In this document: piece after piece, positions 1 to 8,899 of the stretch
Layout of the letters: every line of letters starts with the position of its first letter
How positions within the stretch are numbered: the first letter of the stretch is position 1
From: Raillietiella orientalis
Lineage: Eukaryota
Length of the DNA stretch: 64,000 nt
Direction of reading: 5' to 3'
NCBI GenBank assembly: GCA_036172245.1
Contig: JAYWIR010000037.1
Location: 496,001 to 560,000, forward strand
Notes under the pieces: generated by a model
What the model saw: the letters and a program-made list of their open reading frames with translations, nothing else
The model's database searches: none
What the model was told of the DNA's origin: nothing
Translations under genes and position numbers: made by a program

Positions 1-520
1 GCTTTCCGCCTCTTGAAGCCTTCCGATGGCGGAGATGAACTCCGCCATCTGAAGGGTTCCTCGAGGCTTCTTGCCCCTCCTCCTCTAACGCTCTTGTGCG
101 CTCTGGCAGCAAACGCTGCGCAGAGTCGTACTCTGAGGGTACCCTCACGTAAATCGAGGGGTAAAAATCACGTAAGTTTTCGGCTTACCTGAGCTGGGGC
201 CGAGTGTTCTTGGTCCCGATTGTTCAGCAAACAGGCCGATCCGAATTGCCCCCCAGGCCCATCTTTGTATACCGCCAGACGTCAGACGTCGGGAGTCTTG
301 CAGAAGCGACGGGTGTGGAGGTGCGCTGTTTCGCTCTGCACCCCATCGCCAAAACCTGGAGGAAGACGGCCCAGGGGGAACTGGTCGCAGAACTCTCGGA
401 CTGTGCATTTTAATTTGTCCCAGTCCTCGAACATCTGCAGTTCGGACCCTCGCAGGAATTGGAAGGTGCTCCGCTGCTCCTGAGAGGTTCAACTAGTCCC
501 CTGGCAAGCGCCATGCTTGG
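1..520 (-). mobile_element. Degenerate L1/Tx1-clade ORF2 fragment (endonuclease-RT linker)
   Basis: Minus strand across frameshifts reads AAEHL-QFLRGSELQMFEDWDKLKCTVREFC...PPGFGDGVQSE...ENLRDFYPSIY. This is collinear with the old element at 6799-7000 plus 3575-3735 (EAAEHLRDFLRG...WYETK...PAEFGEGMRNE). Confidence 0.6.
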
Positions 521-1299
521 GAGGGAGGACCCCTGTAGCGCGGAAGTGGGACCGCGCATTGGAACTCATTCGCGGCTCCTCTGCTCCTAGCCCTGCTTTT
601 TGTTTGCCACCCCTCACTTTTACATGGTGGAGACATCCAGAAACTTGTCACGCACGAACATGTATTTCTTTACATGAAATAGTGGACCGCGGACCTTTTA
701 AGAAACACCCTGTGGAGCAAAGAAAAGGCGCTCGTCTGGTTGAGAGATCTGATGACTTGACTCCAGTGGTGGTCTTAGCCTCATGACTCTTGAAGACAAG
801 AAGAGTCTGCTCCATCAGAAAAGAGTAGCATAAGTTTGGGAGAACTAGACGTTTCCATGGTGCGTCCCAGCACGTGCCCACGCCGAGTGAGCAGCCGGCT
901 GCGAAGGACTGACATCGTTCCTCGTCGGCAGCCACTGAAGTCTAACCCATGGCAGATGCTTGCCTTGGTGGAGGAGATCCCTTGGCTCTCCTGTCTCCCT
1001 GCGAACTGTACTACCTGACTTAAGGAGGCAGTTGACATGTGGGGAAGGATCCACGACACGAGGGCGGAACACGACTCCTGTCAGCTACGGGGCAGGTACG
1101 CTCTCGTCAGTCGTTTCAGGAGATCGTAAGCAAGGATCGAAGGTGCGTTGGGGCTTTGATAACTCTCCTTTGCCGCGGCGGTGCTCTCCTTAAGAAAGGC
1201 AAGAGGCGATGGAAGACAGGCAAGGCGGGAGACGAGCTGCTGCGTTCCAGGGAAAAAGAAACCTCTTGGTGGGTGGGTGGTCGACACGTGAACTGGCGG

Positions 1300-3040
1300 A
1301 CGTTGCGACCCCGAGTGTTTCCATTAAAAGGACTCTAACGCTGGGCTCAGCTCCGTCCCATGCAGACACGAGCAAAAATGAAAGGCAAGCATTCACCATG
1401 TTTGCATTTAGCATTTCTGATTTGTGCAGCTCTCCTACGAATCTTATCTTTCCAATTACTTCCGCTTAGCCTTACGTTCACCACCTCCATCATCAGCATT
1501 TCGTCCTTTTTCAAATTCTGGTTGGCATCTATCAAGAAACTTACGAAATGCTACTTCGTGCCTATCTGCTTGAAGTGCTTCCTCACTCATTTTGCCACAT
1601 TCTACTACAAAATTTGGTTCATCGACAGCCTTTTCAAATACAAAATTTAAACTTCCCCCCAATCGAATTTGCGTACCTCTTCCTAAAGCATGAATCGTGT
1701 CGATTCGTGAAAGGAACTTTTGTTGTTTTTTTAACCCTTTGAGTGTTGTGGACGCATAGATGCTCCCGAAGGAAGCCATCAGCATGGCGTTTACGCATGC
1801 GTTTGGCAAATTGCACGCGCAGCATAATTTAACACTGCCAATGTTTGAGATGGACATTCTCATCATCCCCCTGGCAACGACAGTAAACAAAATTCTGCTT
1901 GTATATCGGCCAACGATTCTCGGTTTCTCTCGGTGTTCGTACAGAATTTCTTATACCGTTTTTCATCTTTGTGATATCTTGAAAATGTGAATGGATCAAC
2001 ATTTTTCAAATAAATAATGATGCATGTTTGGGGAAAATGAAAACGTTTCATTTAATGTGGTGTTAAATAAAAACAATTACGATATTGACTTTAATCTGCA
2101 CTCTATGTAGTCAGTCGACAGAGCACGTGGTACGCGAAGAAGCGTTCCGTCCACTCGCATGCCGTCAACACGGAATTCTTCAACCGGATGGGCTCCACAC
2201 CCAAAGGGTTTATAATTGAATTTCCTAAACGTAACTGATCTTTCTCTGTCTCATTGTTTTGACGAGCACATTTACTGGAAGCATCCATGCATTCTGTTTC
2301 ATGTAAGTCAACTTCATTTAGATGGACTTTCAACTCCATAATTTTGGGAGCAGGTTTACGGCTTTTACCCAGAAGGCTTCATCCAATTGATCGAGGCACC
2401 ATTATGGGAGTGATCCCTGATTTGTCGAACGGGAGCTGGGGAAAAATCTATCGCTTCCTTGTTTCTGGAAAATCGCTCGCATCGACCCGATCGCCTTCCC
2501 GACTGCCGCCCACCTCAGACTAGCAGGGAATCCCTAGACGTGAGAGTGTCGACGGGTTCCGCTCCTGGCTCCACGACAACCGCGACCTCGTGGCATTGAA
2601 GGATTATTAGATGACTAGCCATTTGCAAACTCTTGTCTCAATTTCTTGAACTTTTGAGTTGACCAGAGAGCGTGCTGCAAATCCATAACGATCTCCCGAC
2701 TACACTTCCTTATTCCATCAGCATTAACACTTCCAACTTCTTTGTAGGATTCCATGCCATTGCTGTTATATTGAATTTGGATAGAAGTATTTTCACGACC
2801 ATTTTTCGCTTCATTCGACTTCTCACATCAAAAGGACTGCTACTCTTGGCTCAGCTTTTGGTGATTTTTCCAGGTGATCCGGTGCAGCCAGCAATGTGTG
2901 TGAACATTCATGCACCCTCCCCTGGAGTGGCAGGAGTTGGCGTTGTTGATCTTCCATTGAAGCATTCCATATAACGAACGCCTGCATCATGGGACCTGGT
3001 GAAATGGAGATCTGAACTGTGGCAGTTGTAGGAAAAGAGA
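1300..3040 (-). pseudogene. eIF4G: Decayed, apparently intronless eIF4G copy (eIF4E-binding region plus MIF4G domain)
   Basis: Collinear minus-strand motifs: NADGIRKCSREIVMDLQ (decayed YxxxxLphi site, ~2680-2730); KIMELKVHLNEVDLHETE-AW (~2285-2345); QKFLSRIDTIHAL...RLGGSLNFVFEKAVDEPNF...FRKFLDRCQPEFEK (1505-1730); then after a frameshift IGKIRFVGELHKSEMLNANMVNACLSFLL (1370-1460). Stops and frameshifts are present; boundaries approximate. Confidence 0.85.
1735..2208. mobile_element. Non-autonomous piggyBac-type element (MITE), 474 bp
   Basis: Left end TTAA|CCCTTTGAGTG and right end CACCCAAAGGG|TTTA: imperfect terminal inverted repeats starting CCCT with a TTAA-type target. Removing it rejoins the eIF4G reading at the start of MIF4G (..GNSII / K..QKF..). 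Confidence 0.7.
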
Positions 3041-3049
3041 AACCTTCAC

Positions 3050-3569
3050 GCGCCTGCTTGTGGACTGTGTTGTCCTCTGGCCCTTCTGGGAACGTTTTTC
3101 GATCCCAGGGACTCACTGAAACGCCACTTCGTGTGTGATGCGCTGCCACCAGTCGCGTGTTTAGCAGCTGCTTTCCGTTTGCTTGCGAAGGTGGTGGCAT
3201 GGAACGCCTACAGAAGAGGACAGCATCCAGGGACGCCATCCTTTGGACGAAAATGTTTTCATGAGGATCAAGACGAGATGATCCGACTTCAAAAACAGCA
3301 GGACAGAACTTGCTAGCACCCCAGAAAGGAAGCAGAGGGCACCAAGGCAGGAAATGTGATTCCTTCCCAAACCCTCCAAAGAATGTTTGTATTTGTTTTT
3401 GTATTTTTTATCTTTTTGTGCATCCCTTCCCTCTTGTTGCCGAGACGATGGTCTCCGGTCGTCGTACCGGCATCTTGGCAGGTTCCGTGTTCTGTGACCA
3501 TGTGACCGTTTGCTATTTTTTTTTCTTTTATAGTAAGCGTCCTGGCTCAACCGAGTGAAAAAAAAAAAA
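3050..3569 (+). mobile_element. 5'-truncated, diverged L1/Tx1-like copy with an A12 tail (copy F)
   Basis: Starts at LLVDC..FWER (end of zinc knuckle), shares the 3'UTR layout of the 3749-5662 element, and ends CCGAGTG followed by A12 (3558-3569). Confidence 0.7.
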
Positions 3570-3748
3570 CCTCCGGGCATGAGCGTTCCTGTCTCTAGTC
3601 GTCCAGCGAACTGGCCGACCCGGATTGCCAGGTTTGTCTCTCATCCCCAGTCTTAAACCCGGCCAGTCAGCAGCTGCATCCGACCTTCTCTGGTGACTCT
3701 GAGCCTGCAAGAAGGCATGCTCATTCCTCATCCCCTCACCGAATTCGG

Positions 3749-5662
3749 TTGAGCACCTACGCTGAGTTGGTGCTGAGAGCGTACAGGGTGACTTTGGCCC
3801 CCTTGCCGAGCTCGTGCCCCGGCACGCCAGCCGTAGCGGCGTATGCCGACGATCTTCTGCTCCTCTTACCTATGTCCACCCCGGCGAAGGCGGTCGGAGA
3901 TTTCTTCGACCTGCTTAGCCGTGGGGCCGGATTACAGGTTAACAGGGCGAAGTCGTCAGTGTTGCCAGTTGGAGCGACGTGGGCAGGGCAGCAGGACTGG
4001 GTCCGTCTGGGGATCCCCACGGTGAGGTGCATCAAGTACCTCGGTGTGCCGTTGGGGGACTTCTCCCCAGCGGAAGCGTGGTCCAGCTGCCTCCAAAAAG
4101 TCGAGACGGCGATCGGCCCGTTCCTGGAAGGCAAGTTTCACTTGCCGGAACGGGCCGCGGTTTGGAACGCCTTCGTGGCCCCCATCCTTCGCCCCTTGCT
4201 TTTTGTTTGCCCCGCACCCGTGGAATCTAAAAAGCGGACGAAGGACCTCCTCCGCATAGCTCTTTGGGGCAAGGGGAGGCCCCGAGTCCCTTTGAAGGAC
4301 TTGTGCGCTCCGCGTCGGGACGGCGGTCTCAGCATCCTGACGCTGGAGCGCGTGGAAATCTAGCTGCGATGGCGGACCCTCGCCATCGCAGCGAAGATGT
4401 GGAGCACCACTTGGTGCATTCCGGCCCGCCTCCTGGCCAGGCGTGTGTCCCGCTGCAAAGGACTCGCATCGTTTCTTCTGTGCCCTGGCCGGAAGATTCG
4501 AAGATGCGGTCTACTGCTCGGTCGCATGGCAACCCTGGCAAAGGAGAACGACTGGATGGTTTGTGGCCCTGCCAACTCCTCCGCTTGGCTGGAAGAGACT
4601 GCTGGCACCTGGGCCAAGCAGAACCAGAGGTGCGAAGACTGGATGAACTGCCTGCGAGTCGGCTTTTACGCCCGCCGAACTCTCCGTGAAATTCTTGAAT
4701 TTCCACCGAGTTGCACGTGGGCGGAAGGCACACCCCTTGTTACGGCGATGCCCTTCCTCCAAAGGGCGCTTCACGAAAGCCGGAAGCCAAGGTGGCAAGT
4801 CTGCTGCCGTATCGCAGGCAGAGAGAAGATGATGAGCGGCTGGACCATGGGAGAGTTGACAGATGCAACGACCCCTAGTCTCCAGCCGCGTGGATTAAGA
4901 AGATGGGGCGAACTGCTCGGCATTCGATTGGATGACCTGAAGTGGCCCCCGGTTCTACTTGGATCCAGGATTCTTCCCCTGAAGTGGCAAGAATCGGCGC
5001 TTCTGTGGCTGCATTGGGGTCTACCCTGCAACGCGCGCCGCTTCCACTGGACGCGGGGAAGAGTAAATCCTGAGTGTGCCAGGTGTGGGGAGCGGGAGTC
5101 GCTCCCCCACCTCTTAGTTGATTGCCCTGCCGTCCGGATTCTTTGGGATCGTCTTAAAACGGCCCTTGGGATACCGGATGGTGGCAACCCCAGAGGCGTG
5201 TACAGTCTTGTCTTCGTGCGGGACGCCCTCAGTCCAGCCGCAGCCCTGGCAGCACTTTGCTGCATTCGTGGTACCGTGGCGGCCTGGAGTGATGCCGAAG
5301 ATGAAGATTGCATCGTGAGGGACGTCATCGAGTATGCTGTTCGCTTCCTGCAGAGAGCTACCCGATGGCCCCATCTGGGAAAAATGAAAATGGAACTCGA
5401 AGGCATCCTGCAAAGGATGGGCCCTCCCAGCAGTTGTCTGTGATCCCTTCCCGGCCCTCCAAACTCCTTTTGTTGTTTTTTTATTTTATTTTATTTCTGT
5501 TTTCTCCCCCATCCCCCTCCACTGCCGAGGAGAGCCACACCGGGCTGCGTCCTGGTGTCCCGGCAGTTCCGGTATTGCGTGGCCGTCAGTGGGGCCTTGT
5601 ACCACGTTCTGTATTGACTGTTGAAATGTTTTTAATAAACGTCCCGGCGTATCCGGGTGGCA
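3749..5662 (+). mobile_element. Young 5'-truncated L1/Tx1-clade retrotransposon (array unit A); ORF2 remnant 3749-5443 with RT C-terminus and CCHC zinc knuckle
   Basis: AYADD, GLQVNRAKS, IKYLGVPL, PRRDGGLSI and CARCGERESLPHLLVDC motifs. ORFs 3749-4363 and 4397-5443 are in the same frame, separated by a single TAG (4361-4363). T-rich structured 3'UTR with AATAAA, ending GGGTGGCA; flanked by TCACCGAATTCG(G/A) at 3736 and 5663. Confidence 0.92.
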
Positions 5663-5675
5663 TCACCGAATTCGA

Positions 5676-5745
5676 TATAAGGAGATCGCCCTCCTCCATT
5701 AAGGCTGAAGTGTTTTAATAAACGTCCCGGCGTACCCGGGTGGCA
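5676..5745 (+). mobile_element. Extremely truncated copy (array unit B): last ~40 nt of the element preceded by ~30 nt of unassigned sequence
   Basis: TGTTTTAATAAACGTCCCGGCGTACCCGGGTGGCA matches the unit A terminus; flanked by the target motif at 5663 and 5746. Confidence 0.75.
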
Positions 5746-5758
5746 TCACCGAATTCGG

Positions 5759-6265
5759 TATGGGTGGGGATACCGGTTGGTGGCAACCCCAGAGACGTTT
5801 ACAGTCTTCTCTTCGTGCGGGACGCCCTGAAGCCAGCCGCAGCCCTCACAGCATTTTGCTGCATCCGTGGTATTGTGGCGGCCTGGAGTGATGCCGAAGA
5901 TGAAGATTTCAACGTAACGGACGTCATCCTGTATGCTGTTCGCTTCCTGCAGAGAGCTACCGGATGGCCCCAGCTTGGCAGAATGAAGGAAGACCTCGAG
6001 GGCATCCTGCAAAGGATGGGCCCTCCCCTCAGTGGAATGTGATCCCTTCCCGTCCCTCCAAACACTTTTTGTTTTTGTTTTTTCTCCTTTTATTTTATTT
6101 TCGTTTTTTCCCCCATCCCCATCCACTGCCGAGGGGAGTCACACCGGGCTGCGTCCCGGCGTCCCGGCAGGTCCGTTGTTGTGTGGCCGTTAGTGGGGCC
6201 GTGTACCACGTATGTTGTTGACCAATGCGAAGTTTTAATAAACGTCCCGGCGTACCCGGGTGGCA
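5759..6265 (+). mobile_element. 5'-truncated L1/Tx1-like copy (array unit C)
   Basis: GIPVGGNPRDVYSLLFVRDAL...LEGILQRMGPP is homologous to the unit A C-terminus; same 3'UTR and terminus; target motif at 5746 and 6266. Confidence 0.88.
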
Positions 6266-6278
6266 TCACCGAATTTGG

Positions 6279-6785
6279 TATGGGACACAGGACGTGGAAC
6301 GCACCAATTTCTTTCATTCCCAGGGACGTTTTGCGACTCCTCTTCGTGCGGGATGCCCTTTTGACAGCCGCAGCCTTAGCAGCTCTCTGCTGCACCCGCG
6401 AAATTGTGTTGGACTGGGGCGATGCTGAAAGAGGACAGTACGAGTGCGACGGCATCGAGTAGACACTCCGCTTTCTGCGGATAGCACCTAGATGACCTCA
6501 TCTGGGTGCTGTGAGGACGGACCTAGCCGACATCCTGGAAAGCATGCAGAGGACTCCCTCCAGAGATCCCTTCCCGGCCCTACACAGAGTATTTACTTGT
6601 ATTTATTTATTTTCTTTTTGTTTTCTTTCTTCCCCACCGCTGCCGAGGAGAACCACGCTGGTCTGCGTACCGGCAACCCGGCAGGTCCACAATCAAATCG
6701 AGCGTGGCAGGACCACGCGTGTCCTACCACAACGTTGTGAGTTTGTTGCCATTTTCAATAGGCGCTCCGGCATGCCCTGGTGGCA
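6279..6785 (+). mobile_element. 5'-truncated, more diverged L1/Tx1-like copy (array unit D)
   Basis: PRDVLRLLFVRDALLTAAALAALCC followed by stops; diverged 3'UTR ending CCCTGGTGGCA; target motif at 6266 and 6786. Confidence 0.82.
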
Positions 6786-8134
6786 GCACCGAATTCGGCA
6801 GGAAAGGGATCCACAGGGAAGCTCGTGTAGGACTCCTGGACCGACCGCGTTTCGTCTCGTACCAGCCCGCGACTGCTGCACGTTGACACCTCGCAGGAAG
6901 TCGCGGAGGTGTTCTGCGGCTTCCTGCAGGTGAAGGCGAACACCCGGTAGGCAGGCACACTGAGCGTTGGACAGGGGACCCTTCCGCGTTTGAGGGGTCC
7001 AATCTCGATCCGGGCGTGGTCCGAGATTCTGCATCCGCGCTCTGACACGACGACCAGCCCGCGAGCACAGGCGGCCGCCGAGGAAGACGTGATCGACGCT
7101 GCTTTCCATCCCTGGTCCGCCGGCCAGCAAGTTGAGCGCGTGCGTGGCCGCGCTCAACTCGTTGACCGTGTTGGGCTGTCCGCTTGTTTCACCTCACCGC
7201 AGGGGCATGTTGAAATCCCTCCCCCCCAATCAGGTGAGTTGGAATCCCACGATCTCCTCATGCCTGCGTGGCCCTGCCATTCACGCTTCAGGGCATCCAA
7301 GAGCTCTGTCATGGCCCGTTACGGCCGCCGGGAGCGTACATGTTCGTGATGACGAGGTGGGTCGAGACCGAAGTGAACGCTTCGCACAGCGCTCTCTGTG
7401 GCTGTCTGAAGCAGGAAGGCAGAACTCCCACGAGGGGTTCTCGGAGCAGCAAGGCCAATGCAGCTTCCCTCCCGGGGTCCGTTTCATCTCGGGGTCTTCC
7501 GCCTGTGGATCCTCTGCAGGAGTACCAGATCGAACGGACATAGGCTGTGTCTCGTCTCCTGCCGTCGTAGCGCATTCCGTTGATGTTGCAACAGGCGGTG
7601 TGCAGTCCAAGGCAGGAGGCGAGTCGCCTCATTGCTGCTGGGAATTTCAGCTCCCGTTTGGTGCTCAAGAGGGACGCTCGCAAGTGGAGAGGAGATCGAA
7701 AGGACGGTGTCCCCTTCCCTTCATCCTCCTTCCGGAGCGGAGGATTCTCTGTGCGGATGGTTCTCGCGAACCTGTCTTCAGGCCTTCTTGCCTTCCGCTT
7801 CATGCATCCCCTCCTCGGAGGGGATGCACCAGCCTCCGAAGGAGATCACGTGTCTCCTCTCTGCTTTGGACTCTTCCGGTGGGTGGCCGTGAGGGTAGCC
7901 GCCTCCAATCCAGAGTCTGAAGCCTCGAAGAGGTTTTCTCCTTGGGTTGTCTGAAGATCTTTTTCTCCTCGGACTTTCCGTTGCTGCGCGCAACTATCAC
8001 CTCCTTGTTTTCCTCAGAGAGGGTAGCAGCTTCGCCTCGTTTTGATTCATCTTTCGTTGTCTCTTGAAGGAACATGGACTCTCGCTTTTACCACGCTCTT
8101 GATAGTTTATTCGGTCGTCGCAATGCGCTCCATT

Positions 8135-8830
8135 CTCTTCCGGGTGTGCCGGGGCATTAATTCCAGTGAAAAATAACCATTTTCTGAGAACTGTGGTTGC
8201 ACCGCCGGTCCACAGTTTAATGGAAGCCTGGCGGGTCACGGTTCACAGACCGGCGTGGTCCACCACGGCAGCAGAGGAGAGGGGGCAAATAAAAAGAAAA
8301 AAAATAGATAAATTAAAATAAATACACCTTCAGGGGGTAGTGGTGGTGCGGGAAGGGATCACTGTCTTCTGGTGGCGGTCCTGTGCATCCTCTGTAGGAT
8401 GCCGGCAAGGTCTTGCTGGGTAGTCCTGTCCAGATGGGGCCATCGCGTTACCATCCACATGAAATCGTACAGCGAAGTGAAGGTGGCATTTCTGTCGCTG
8501 TGGCCTCCCCTTGCGTCGCTCCAGGCAACGACGATCCCCCTGCAGGCAGTGGAGAGCTGCTGCTAGCGAGGCTGTCGGTCGAAGGGCATTGAGAACGAGG
8601 AGGGGTTTCAGAGCGTCCTGGGTTGCGCCGGGAGTTTCATAGGATCAAAGCGTTCCCAGAAGGGACGAAGGGCAATACAATCCACTAGCAGGTGGAAGAG
8701 GGATTCACACTCCCCTCATCTGCCTCAGTACCTCATCCCCCATGTCCAGTGATGCCTGCGGGCGTTGCACGGGAGACCCCAGTGCAGCAACAGTGCCGAC
8801 TCCTGCTAGACAGTGCGCTCGAGGGTTACT
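8135..8830 (-). mobile_element. Diverged 3' fragment of the same L1/Tx1-like family (copy I)
   Basis: Minus strand QESALLLLHWGLPCNARRHHW...ESLFHLLVDC, followed by the T-rich 3'UTR and a terminal CCCCGGCACACCCGG hairpin. Confidence 0.75.
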
Positions 8831-8899
8831 TTTCAGGGTCGAGCGTGCTCTTTTCGTGATCCACTGTTACTGCGGTGTAGGGTTTTGATGCATTTTTTT

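Larger units (their letters stand above)
3570..8120 (-). mobile_element. Old L1/Tx1-clade element (APE endonuclease and linker), split by the tandem array; pieces at ~8120-6799 and 3735-3570
   Basis: Minus-strand APE motifs in order across frameshifts: LHTACCNINGMR (~7610), VLLQ (~7515), VITNMYAP (~7340), GRDFN (~7215), VDHVFL (~7090), SDHA (~7020). The linker reads FPAEF|GEGMRNEHAFLQ continuously once 3749-6798 is removed. Confidence 0.75.

Noticed and set aside
4361..4363. Programmed stop-codon readthrough in ORF2
   Set aside because: The copy is 5'-truncated and cannot be functional; related copy G has a Gln codon at the comparable position, so a simple C-to-T mutation is sufficient.
4771..5406. 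Conserved antisense 211-aa ORF (again at 9830-10465)
   Set aside because: It is the reverse-frame shadow of ORF2, duplicated only because copies A and E are near-identical.
5630..6800. CRISPR array (recurring ~40-bp palindromic repeat with different intervening sequences)
   Set aside because: The repeat is a retrotransposon 3' end plus target duplication; the intervening blocks are homologous ORF2/3'UTR fragments of about 70-1900 bp; the context is eukaryotic with no cas genes.
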